Assembly (NCBI GenBank): GCA_051047955.1
Contig: JBPGPT010000016.1
Span: forward strand, 124,001 to 188,000
Source of the DNA: Cystobasidiomycetes sp. EMM_F5
Lineage: Eukaryota
Direction: 5' to 3'
DNA length: 64,000 bases
The first letter of the stretch is position 1. Each line of letters opens with the position of its first letter. This document shows positions 38,965 through 50,527 of the stretch, piece after piece. The notes under the pieces were generated by a model, which had not been told where the DNA came from, did no database searches, and saw only the letters and a program-made list of their open reading frames with translations. A program made the position numbers and the translations under genes.

Positions 38965-40800
38965 TCAAAAGTAAGCAAGGATTTGCACCCCTCCCGGCGC
39001 CGGCGTACGCGGTGGCTCCATGCGATCTTCGTTCCCTGAAACGTCCATTCGTATGATTTCGCCCGCAGCATTTCTTGTGACCTGCCGCTGCACTTGGCTG
39101 CCATACGTCTGGCGAAGCTGTCCATCCGCTCCTTGGTTAAATGACATATATATTTGCGTATTTGTTGCAGTGTGAGCGGAGCCCTGTTGAGCAGGCACAC
39201 CCCTATGAAATATGCCGTTTCCACCAACGGGTGCTATAGATGTGCGTGGAGTCCCGAAGAAGGCTTGAATCATCTGCGATACCGGCTCCACCGACTGTAG
39301 ACGTCTTCAGCTAGCATCTGTAAGAGAGAGTAGAATCAACTTACAGACCCTCTTACCGGCGGCCTCACAGCTGGACCAGGATTACTTGGCCTCGCTTGAA
39401 TGGGCCACTGCTGATCGGATTCTTGTAATTGTGTCTTGACAGGCATCGCGGTAGAAGTGGAGCCCTGCAGCGCAGGCACACCCCTCGGAAAATTGCCGTA
39501 TCCACCAACAGGTGCTATACCGGGATATGAAGACGTCGTGGGTCGATGGCCGAAGAAGGCTTGCGTCATCTGCGACATGGAGTCTTGGGCAGAAGGAGCG
39601 CCGATCTCGGAGCGACCTGGCGCGCCTCTGACTCGTCCAGGCACTGCTGCGAGGTTTTGCATCATCATTCGCAGCATCATTTCGTCTGCCGCGGTCTGCA
39701 GATAAATTCAGTTGCCGTTTGTGTGGCACAGCAGCTTTAACTTACCGAGCCATGCGCCGAGACCCTGGCAGGGTTGTTAGCAGCCGGGGCGCCTGCCGCG
39801 GAGTGCTCTTCAGCGGTTGTCACGCGTTCTGACACTCCGCTAGAAATTGGAGTCGCGGATTTATTCGAATCGAATTTCCTTGGACGCCCAGTTTTATGCT
39901 GCAAAGCGTCATCCTCCTCGCTGCAATCCGAAGACGAGGAATCGGTCTGCGATGTATCCGACGACGAACCATTGCTATCCTCAGAGTCGCTCGAGGCGGC
40001 TTTGTCGTTTCGCTTGCGGAGGAACGCGTCATACTTGGAACGCAAAACCGCTAAGGTCATTCGACAACTTGCGTCAGCAAGAATGTAACATGTTACGGTG
40101 ATAGCGAATACGATATGACGTACGATCGGACAGCATGGCGCAAGCGGCGCGCATCTCCCGGATTTGGCCCCGTAGGCGCTTGCGCTCGTCCTTATCTTCT
40201 TCCTCATCCATCGCCTTTTTCAGGCGTTCGGACTGTTTCATATTAGCCCACCTTGTACGTTTGCTACAAATCGAAACGCACTAGTTTCTTGTATCTTGTT
40301 TTTACATCGCTTGCGGAGATTGTTTTCGAACCCTCGGGCTGCAGTCCCAATATCTGGTATTGGGTAAGCTGGGTTTGTTCAGACTTCTTGACAAGAGCTG
40401 TCGAGGTATCTCCGGCTTCATCCGCAGCTTTGATCCGCAGAGCATTAGAGACCGCTGAGACGTCCGTCAGATCCTCATTGCCTAGACAGGGAAAATATGA
40501 GCACCGACCTTTATCTCTGCCTTTGTCTTTGCCATTGGACCTAGATGAAACCAACGCAGTAGATGAGCCGGAAATTCCGACCGTACGCTGCTCCCGCGTG
40601 CTTCGAGATGGCACTAGAGCCAGACTATCTTGGCTCTTTGCGCGCTCTTTAGTTTTGCCCGCCGAACGCCGGCTACTGATGTTCGGTACATCTTGGTCAT
40701 CACTCTCGTCCTTTCGATGTCGCGATGATTTCTTGGGTGTCTTGCTAATCTGAACCAGCGCAGTGGAATCTGCGTCGTGGGCTGTGAATGTTCGAGGCAT
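38965..40800 (-). CDS. J-like (HPD-less DnaJ-fold) protein with a duplicated C-terminal segment, about 5 exons
   Basis: TQYQILGL...DVKTRYKKL|SERLKK...IREMRAACAMLSDPVLRSKYDAFL. ATG at 40800, or possibly 40995. Confidence 0.6.
39178..39580 (-). repeat. Degenerate direct repeat of ~100-120 nt in consecutive exons
   Basis: 39178-39283 and 39460-39578 share GAGCCCTG..GCAGGCACACCCCT..TGCCGT.TCCACCAAC.GGTGCTATA..CCGAAGAAGGCTTG..TCATCTGCGA. Confidence 0.85.
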
Positions 40801-41487
40801 TGTGTCTGATGGGTGCAAAGAGACAAGATCGCCGACAGCAATGGCAAAAGGGTGCGGATGGGGGATTGACAGCACTGCGAATTCGGGCGTGCTGAAAGAC
40901 TGCTTTCGTGGTCTCACTGTCGGACCCCTGTCCTGACGGTACAGAGCGACAGTCAGACAAACGTCATTGTCATGTGTAAATGTGAGGCGGTACATATGCG
41001 CGTCCGGTTAGTACGCTGAAACTGCGCCCAGCGCTAGCAATGGTCGGGTACTGTTATGTTCTGTCGCTCGCTTGCAATGTAACACGTTAGAACTCGATCG
41101 CTGGCATATCAGCCAATTGAATAGATGTTTGTCAGCCAGTGGAGCGTATCTCGTGATCCACGTTAATCAGTGCCACCTGCATGGGGTTTTTTACCGATTG
41201 CATTAGACCCTAACCTAAAGCTACTTAGAATGCTATCAAGTCCTCCCAATCTGTTCCTCCATGTTCTATGTTGTGAACAAAAGCTGCAGAAGAGGCCATT
41301 TCGGTAGAGGCCAGCTGCTTCCTGTCGTCTCGCACAGTTTATTACAGTCGTGTATCGACTCGGCTCAGCGGATCGATACAACTTGACTTGCGAGCTGCGA
41401 ATTTGAAATTCGTTGCCGAAACGTGTGTTGAGCGATTCGAGCTGGATTGCCAGAAGTAACCCATCAGAGAGTGATTTTGCGCTATCG

Positions 41488-42203
41488 TTATCTCGCCCCT
41501 CCTCGACTTGCACCTCGTCCTCCTCTCCCTCTGTCCCCTCCTCGTCCGCCACCACGACCTGCACATGCATAGCGAATGTCAGCCGACGTTTACAAGCATG
41601 ATAAGCGTCAAGGAAGGGTTGCATACCTGCGCCCCCTCTTCCTCGGTCTCCCCCGCGGTTTCCACTGCTGCCTCCGCGACTGTTTGAAGCTTCTCTGCGC
41701 GAACGAGCTTCGCTCTCTTGTGTCTTGACGGCATCGATGATCTATAGAAGAGTAGTATAAAGATTGTGAGGTTGATGGCAATTAGGAGATGACGCTTGAC
41801 TTGTACCTCTTCAGACACTCGGATGTATTTGATCTGGTTGTGGTATTATTAGCGTGCCCTCGGTCATCGCACAAAGATGAACATACCATGTTGCCGCGGA
41901 CATAACATTCATCCATCTTCCAAAAGTTCTCCCCATCCTGCCGTGAATTGCATTCAGCGCTTGTCCTGGCATGCATTGATCCAGCAACTTCGCACCGCCG
42001 ATGTCTCGTACGCCTCTTTCAGCGTCAGATTCATAAAATTATCGCAAGCTACTAAATGCCCGTTGAAGGTCTCGCCATTCTTGAGCTCCACGAGCTATAG
42101 ATTGCGTCTGTCGTCAGGCGTTTCCGAAACCAACATTCTGACACCCAGGCGAGCTTACCATCGGTTTGCCCTGGGTAGCATGGAGCAGCGCTAACGGGAG
42201 CAT
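41488..42203 (-). CDS. LSM4: U6 snRNA-associated Sm-like protein Lsm4 with RGG tail
   Basis: Spliced: [42 protein letters not shown]...[19 protein letters not shown]...RGGDRGRGG...R*. The ORF track misses it. Confidence 0.93.
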
Positions 42204-42516
42204 GGTTGTGTAAGATGATAGGTAAGCAGTCAAAGCAGACAACTGCTGAAGCCTGAAATGACCAAAGACCGTGATCGAGTGTGCCCCTGTCAAGCCTAGT
42301 TGTGCTCTTGCAAGCTTCTTGTCTCAACTATGACTATCACCCTGCAATGCTAGCCAGATGATAACTTCTGCACTCCATGCCCCGCAAATCCTCTGTGCAA
42401 TCTGTTTGATGAGACCCATCTGTGACTCGCGAGCAATAGCCGGTGACCAAACAGGCATATAATAATCGCATTTCCGGCCAAGTCTCATCTCATTCGACAT
42501 CTGGAATTTCGTAGCC

Positions 42517-44049
42517 ATGGTCAGTCCGCCGCTACATCGCTCGTAACGGCTCGTTTACTGGCATCATTACAACTAAATACCGTGTTATCCAATATGACAG
42601 CGTCCAGCATGCACTTGTTGGCGAAACGCTGCGAGCTCAGTGTTCCAGTCCCAACACTTCTACAACAACCGTCTCATCGCACAACTTTCGCAAAAACCGG
42701 CATATGCCATTTCGCTGAAGCAAATGATGGCTTTCGGCAAGGACATTGATGAGCAGAGGCTTATTGCGTCTGGCAATTTTGTAGGAACATATCGTACCTT
42801 ATGCCCTGCACGGTCACTGACCCTTGATATTGAGGCAGGTCCGGCAAGAGCTACCGATTCGCATAGCGCACCGGATACGAGATTTACAGAATCTACCTTT
42901 TGTCGTGGGCCTCAATCCAAATCTGGAACGAGTTTACACAGGCTATCTGGAGTCCTTCGCAAGAATACAGGGCTTTCCACCTATACGGACGCTTGAGCAG
43001 AACGACGAGTTTTGTCAGTTTCTAGAGGGCGCATTGAAGCAGCATTGGGGCACAATTCCTAGAATGATGGTTGGACTATTGGAAAGCAGCATGCATCTCA
43101 CTCCTGGTAGTCGAGAGCGTTTCATGCAGGTATGGGTGACAAGACTAGAGGTGCGGTGCAGCCTACTGACCATTCGGCAAGCAGCGAATGCTGAGGTCTC
43201 GCATCTCGAGACGAGTACTGGCCGAGCAGCATATGGCTCTGACAGCTCACTTTCACGATCTACAAGAACACGGACAGTCTGCGCACCGGAATCGTAATAT
43301 TGGCGTGATCGATACCGCTACATCGCTGCGTGCCCTGGCAGAGGAGATGCGTACTTTGCTACCGCTAGTCACAGGTGTTAGCGATACAAAGATCGATATC
43401 GATGGAGTAGACGACGCGCGTTTTCCTTTCATACCAGAGCATCTACGCTTTATTCTCCTGGAACTTTGTAAGAATGCCGTCTATGCAGCAGTCCGCAATG
43501 GGATAGCCGCAAGAATTTCCATCACTTTGGCGGACGCGCAACGAACTGTGGGCGTTCGAGTCAGTGACCAGTGTAAGGGTTTTATCCGCAATATTCATGC
43601 ATGTTATGCTAATATTGCACGATCACGCAGCCGGCGGCATACCGCTGCATGCTTCAACCTTCATAGACTTGGAAGGCCGGTCTGTCACTCGACTACTACC
43701 CTCTCATAATGATCTGTTATCCTTCGCGCATCCAAATCACCATGACTATATGCCAGAATTACAAAATTGTATGCGACTTGGAGGAACGGCAGCTGAACAG
43801 CTTGGCCCAGACGCGGATGTGAGACTTGGCCTTCCTGGACAGCGGCCGAATCACGGCATGGCGTTAGGATTGTGCAAAGTCTACGCCGAGGTACGTGACA
43901 GTCGTAGTCTTTCACATGTTGACAAGCTCACTTAGTGGTGTTTACAGTATTTTGGTGGTTCATTGCAGCTGAATTCCATGTACGGCTTCGGTACAGACGC
44001 CTATCTAACGATTCCAAAACTTGGTATCACCAAGGAAACGTCTACGTAG
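42517..44049 (+). CDS. Mitochondrial BCKDK/PDK-family (GHKL) protein kinase
   Basis: VRQELPIRIAHRIRDLQNLPF, MLRSRISRRVLAEQH, LELCKNA, RVSDQSGG, YAEYFGGSL and GFGTD motifs. The first coding exon is ATG only. Confidence 0.88.
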
Positions 44050-44620
44050 TCTCACGCCAATCAATCCGCATCGCAATATGGTATCGGATACGCGTCCGGG
44101 AGGACAGACTGTGACAACGAGATCAGTCACGAGTATTGTCACGCCAACGCGATGCATAGTGAGACAGCTGGCGATCATGCCACGACAATTGTCGAAAGCT
44201 GATACGGGAATGTCCCGCGACCGTGGAATAAATCCAACATGAGCAACGAACAAACGCGACACTCCCTTAACACTAGCCAAATGGACAGCTCCATCGACAA
44301 GTCACTTTAGCTGTTTTGGGCCTTTGTTGCCGGCCCTGCGCTTCAAGAAACCGAAGACCGTGCAGCTGGGTCTATCCACTCGATACTGTCAGCTTCTCGG
44401 CGGTCTCTCCGTAGTGTCATAAGCGATAGTCTGTTTGATCGACTGTCATGTTGGAAGTCGACGCGTGAAACGCTTGTTGTCAACAATCTAGCAAACCCTG
44501 ACGGTGACTGCAAGTTCAGTTCAGGCTTGAGTCCGTCCTCATCTTGACACAAGCACGTCCACAGCTCACCTGGCGGTTCCGCCGGCGAGAAGCTGTGGCT
44601 TGCAACATTCTTTTTCGGAT

Positions 44621-47600
44621 ATGGCAGCATACTCCGAGGACCAGCTGATACACGCTCTGGCAGCGGCAGCTTCACCCAATCAGCTTGAACGAGACGCTGC
44701 ATTTCGCTATCTTTCAGAGCTATCTCCCCAGTCGGCTTTCCAATGGCATCTCGTACAGGCTTGCAGCACTCATGCATTGCCGTGGGAAGTGCGGTTGCAA
44801 GCAATTCTCTTCTTCAAGAATGGGCTACACAAATACTGGCGGAGAACTGGCAACCAGTGAGCGCCCTCCTGCAAAGTACCGTCGATACGCGCCGCTGATG
44901 GCCTGTGTTTTTGGGCAGTTCCGTTTCCGTTGAACACAAGGCGCTCATACGGCCCAGGTTGCTGCAGATGGTACACGAACAAGACAGCAAGGTGGGGAAG
45001 TGCCATCTTCGTGCGTTCCTCATATTCACGCGGTCCGCCGCTACAGGTTGCCAATGTAGTGGCGGAATGTATCGCTCGGATTGCTAGACTGGATTATGAC
45101 CGTGACTGGTATGAGGCTGTCATTCGCAATCCAGAAGCAGAAGCAGCTGCTGACTGCTTCGATATCCAGGCCTGATCTGTTTAGCACCTTGCTGACAAGC
45201 ATTGAGCATGCTATTCATGCGATTACGGCAAATCCTGGCGATTTACAAGCTCGACTTGTCCTTGACCGCGCCTTGCTTTACTGGCACGAAGCGACAAAGG
45301 TACTCTCCCAAAATAAAATGCTTCGCGGCAAGCAAATTATGGGCAGTGTAAGCTCCAACAGTAGATTCGGGCTGCGGGCGACTCGACCATTGACCCTGCT
45401 ATCAACAGTTGTGCGAAAGCGCCATGCCATTGTTGATTCAGCTGTATCGACTTCTGTTCTCTGCGGCGTGCTCTGCTCTTGAAGCGAGTCCACTGATAGA
45501 GATCGACCGAAATACGCCATCCGAGTCCGGCCTCGCTCTTCTGACGCTCAAAATCTTGAACAAGCTCATTGTGCATGGATGGGGAGGATCAGGCCTAGCA
45601 GGACAAGAAGCCAAGACCGCATTCGAAAGCCAACAGGCAGACTTCTTCGTCTCCACAGTAAACGATCTGTCGACTATAGTATCGTTACGCAAGGCTGCGG
45701 TACTAGAGGGTCGGATGGCGGCTCTCTCCGCGGAGGGCAACGTTGTTGCGTCGACAAATCGGCTCATGACGCGTTACGTTCGCTTTGCAAGAAGCCTTCT
45801 CATGCAAAATCATCGCGTCTTTCATCGTCTTGGAGTAACTCAGAGGCTGTGCGATGTGTGCTGGGGATGCGTAGCCGAAGCCGCGGAGGATATTTCCGTT
45901 AACATGAGCGGTAGGTAATCTGCCTTATTGCTGGTACACCCTGCTCATGCATTGTTTACCGCTGAAGACGACGAACGCTGTCTGTTTCCCGAAAAGTTCA
46001 TCATCAAGAGTCTTTTGCTCGTGAAATGCTGTTTCTCACAATACCCCGTGGCAGATCCGTGTAGGTGCGATTACCAGTGACATCCGTGTGTCGGCTGATC
46101 AGAAGGTATGCAGCCATTAAATCATCCGACTTTGCTATACGAGCCGCGCAATTGATAACTCACCGGATACTGCCATTGCGACCCAAAGATCTAGCTCGTT
46201 GGCAGGATGAGCCGGAAGAGTTCTTCTTGGAAGAGGAGGCCGAACAGAATCCTTCTCAATGGAAATTTGATCTAAGACCTGCTGCGGAAGCCTTCTTGCA
46301 AGATTTATTGCAGACTTCCTCCGATGAGTCTTATAGGTCTGTCATCATTCCCTCGATACTGGAGGCCAAAGCAAGACTACAATGTATGTTGCGGATAATC
46401 GTGTTCCTATCTTGGCTGAATCTAACGCTCGTATTGCTTCCAGCTGCCAATGGGACGGAGCAAGTGCTGCAAAAGGAGGCCATCTATACAGCATGTGGCC
46501 TGTCACCCACGGCTATGTCCGAGTATCTCGACTTCGGTCAGTGGATGCGGGACTCGCTTCTAGGCGAGGCAGGCACTTCCGATCAAGGGTAGGTGCAGTA
46601 TTCCGCATGCTGTTAATCGTGTTACCTTGATTGACATCCGGATCACAGCTCGCTCATCATCCGTCGGCGCATAGCATGGCTGATGGGTCGCTGGCTAAAT
46701 GAAGATTCTTCACCTGAGGGACAAGGGCAGTGCTACTCTGTCATGTGTCATCTCATGGGCAGAAATGACTCCACAGATTTGGTCACACGTCTGACAGCGG
46801 CTCAAGCGCTGACAGCCATGGAAACCTGGGTCGAAGACTCTGCTGCACTTGTGCCCTTCATCGCGCCCGTGCTACAATGTCTTGCAGATCTTATTCGAGA
46901 TACCGAATCTGCGGAGATCCATCTAAGACTCAACAAGACCTTAGCTGCCGTCGTCCAGCGTGCAGGTTCCGGGATCGCAGTCCACCTTGATTTGTGCATG
47001 CAGATTGTTCCCGTCTTGTGGCATTCAGCCGAAGCCGGCAGCGGGGCAGAACAGTTCAAGAGCGATCTTGTGTTGACGCTTGCAGGTCTGGTTAATGCGT
47101 TGCAGACAGGTTCACAGAGCCTGCACGCAACAGTGTGCCCCTTCATCGAGATGTCGTGTAATCCCGCGCATGTATGTAGCTCGTAACCCCCCTCCGCTAC
47201 TGTCGATGCTGACGAAGCAGGTAGGCAAATCACATATACATGCAGGACAACGGTTTGTCTCTATGGCGATCCATGCTGCGCTATGCCGAAAGCGCGTCCC
47301 CCGACTTACTTCAGCTGGCCCCCTTAGCGGTCACATTGCTAGATGGTGACGGTGACTCGACCAAGCTGGAAGTCATTTTGCGTGTCGTCGAGGGTTACTC
47401 AGTCCTGGCCCCAGAGGTCTTCTTACCCGTGAGCCTTGGATGGCCGAACGCAAAATCTTTCTGATGTGCTACTCTTGATACAGCCTCACGCAACGCTCAT
47501 CTTCGCTCGCATCGCTCATCATTTGGACCGGCTTGACGAGGCAAAGGCCGCGCGTCCGCTGATGCGTGTAGTAGACATGGTCATCGCATGCTCGTCCACC

Positions 47601-49175
47601 TCAACATGGGCAACAGCTTTAGGCGAATCCGGTCTTTTTTCCAGAATCATGGTTACCCTTCAATCCGATGTCAGTACTCTCTGCAGAAAATGTGTGCAAA
47701 GGCCATTCTACGTGAAGCTGATACACAACTTTCTGTGATTCGACAATAAATGCACACCGTGACCTGTACAATAGGCATCAGCAACGGTCGTAACGCGATA
47801 CCTTTGCACACTGGCCAGGGTGGCTATCGCAGATCACGACATCCTCCTGCAATTGTTGCGTCACACAGCGGAAGTTAATGGCTTACTTTATGAAGATCTC
47901 CTCACTAAACTCATTGCTCAATGGCTGAATCGCGTAGGTCTCAACTTGCTCAGATCCGGCAATATGCTAAGCAGGCTATTATATAGTATGATAATCAATC
48001 GCATTCGTCTGCGCGCAAGTTAGTCGCCCTCGCATTGACCAGCGTAGTACGTTCCACCGAGCCAATCATACTGGAAAGACTCGACGAAATTATGGGCGTC
48101 TGGCTGTCGGCGTTATCCGAGACCAAAGAGTCTGCAATGGGAGAGTCAGTACATTCCACATTTGACAATGTCGCCGTCGATAGTTGCGCTTGGGTGCCAG
48201 CGGTGTCTGAGCGGTACAGCTGCGAGCCACCGCCTACCCAGGATAGCGGATATGCATCAGCGACGAGCGAGTGTGGATGGACCGGCGACAGTAATAGCTT
48301 GGACTGGACCTCTGTCGACCAAACCTCACCGAGCTCGAGAGCTTCACCTTTGGATGATGATGATCCTCCATCTCCCTCAATTCGCAATGTCGACTATGCC
48401 TGGTGGCAGCACCAAAACCTTACGTATAACGAGACACCATCACGACCTCGCGTTTCCGTTGGTCACCCTGGCACCTTTTTCTCTTCCCACACTCGTTCCG
48501 ATGCCTTCCTCTCTGGTGGCTTCACCGCTGGCACCCCGCGGCTCGACGATCATTGGCCAAATGTAATTGAACCCGTGACTGACTTTTCGAACTTCTCTGC
48601 GACTACGCACTTTTCGACTGGTTCGTCCGATAATTCTGCACTGGATGCATCTGATCAATCTGGCGAAACCCTACACGCCGACAACTCTGTAAACAACGAC
48701 AATACTGTAAACTTTACTAACGACCATAACGATGACGATGACGCTGCATGGGGAATCTTTCACGTTCCGACCAATGCAAACAACTCCCACAATTCTGACG
48801 ATACCTCGCATTGTAGCGCCGACACATACTACGAGGAAGACTGGCGAATCGATGGCGAAGTGGAAGACGCTGGTGGACTAGGCTGGGAGGGAACGCTGGT
48901 GTGCAAAAGTCCCGAAGCCCAACGAAGCGCAGAGGTGTGCTATCAATTGCATATCAAGCCTTGATTCAACTAAGCTCTTTTCCACTCAGCTTCTGAAGCA
49001 TGACCCAGTGCATTGTATCAACACTACGCATGCCATCACGCAGGCAATGCACGATGCTGGCAACCTCAATGGAGGAGCTGCTGCCTTTGAGCAGAGATGG
49101 CTAGCAAGCATTGACATAAAAGTGCTGGCGGAACTCAACGACTACCTGAGCGGTCGAGCCGTGGGTGGAGACTAG
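44621..49175 (+). CDS. KAP120: Importin-beta family karyopherin, importin-11/Kap120-like, multi-exon
   Basis: IBN_N-like VRLQAILFFKNGLHKYWR, IARIARLDY..DWPDLF, DLARWQDEPEEF, LRPAAEA, LQKEAIY, IIRRRIAWLMGRW and a C-terminal DPVH motif. Confidence 0.85.
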
Positions 49176-49613
49176 GACAATTGAAGCAGTAATACAGCAC
49201 GATAGCGAGAAGCAGTGGTAGTTTCGCATACTTTTCGCTCTTAGAAGCAGTTTTCGCATATCGATAATTAGGATAATCAGTCATTTGGCAGTGTAGTAGT
49301 GCAGTCTACATGGTGCAACGCCAATCCACATCGCTCATGAGGGGTATGCTGAGACCTTGGGTCAGGTTGTCTTTCAATTTTTCTAGGCACGCAGAGGCGG
49401 GGAAATCATCAACTGCGTTGCTGATTGCCTAGCGCTCAAAGAGCTATGGAGACCAGTAATCTCCAGTGTACGCCCTTTGGCTTGGTAAAGTTTCTCGCTC
49501 AGAGCGATACCGGGCCTTTCGGTGCTTCAGAGCCGGCAGTCCAGGTTTGAAATTTGGAAGAAAATCAGCCAGGCCCGCTCTTCCCTCTCGCCAAAAGGAG
49601 CTACCCGGTCAAA

Positions 49614-50211
49614 ATGGCAAAGGTGAGCCACAGGACGCAGCTGAGAGCCGGGCTACGATGGGGCAAGATCTGACGTAGTGTTTGCCATCTCGCAGTCAAA
49701 GAACTCATCGCAACGTCAGTCTTTTATGCGCTATACTGTCCGATCGCGGCATCGACATGTCAGTACTACATGCTGAAATAACAAAAACAGACAATCAGTC
49801 GGCAAAGAACCACAGAAATGGTATCAAGAAGCCAAAGTATGTCGCTTTGCTTCTCCGGCCGGCCTAATTGCAGACCTCTGATCATCATACGCAAACAGGA
49901 CGAACAAGTACCCATCATTGAGAGGCGTAAGTAGTACCCCCTAAACCGCCAGCGAATATCTACATTGCTTTCATTGCGATACTCCCTGGCGTGCCTCGTC
50001 TCATTCGCAGTCACTACAGGTACTGACTTGCGTGCAATACCCAATTTCACAGGTTGACCCGAAAGCGCGGAGAAACTCCAAAGTATGTTCTGCCAGTCGA
50101 TGCTATGGCATATGCGCACGCTAGAGAAGCTCACGTTTCGTCCGTCCACAGTACGCCAAGATCGGTACCGAAAAGAAATTGCGCGAGCTGCGTCACGAGA
50201 AGGAAGCGTAA
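49614..50211 (+). CDS. RPL29: 60S ribosomal protein L29 (eL29), 63 aa in 6 exons
   Basis: Spliced: MAKSKNSSQHNQSAKNHRNGIKKPKTNKYPSLRGVDPKARRNSKYAKIGTEKKLRELRHEKEA*. Confidence 0.95.
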
Positions 50212-50527
50212 TCACTCGAATGGATCTCATGTCAACCTCTGGCTGGTCGTTACTTGCATGCAGTACTGTCGAAGATGTTGAGGAGGATGGAGACTGAAGG
50301 ATCGCGAATGCCGCTGGTCCCGCTTGACCGCGACGAGTCCAGCAGCGCGCGACACGGACGCGAAGCAATTTTGTTGGAACAGTTCAGATATACATCTATG
50401 GCTCCAATCAGCAATCGCGGCTTCTTTGAGCAGCATACGTTTCTTTACGCAGCATATGTTGCAGAGTCGGTCAACTCGGTCAACCCTTCAAGCTAACATT
50501 ACACAAAGTCACTGTTTTCACACTTAA

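Noticed and set aside
41207..41215. ACCCTAACC telomere-like or telomerase-template-like 9-mer
   Set aside because: A few such 9-nt matches are expected by chance in 64 kb, and no other supporting element was seen.
41163..41733. Acidic ORFs ([15 protein letters not shown]...) on the minus strand
   Set aside because: They are the shifted reading frame of the Lsm4 RGG tail. The extension past the Lsm4 stop has no other support.
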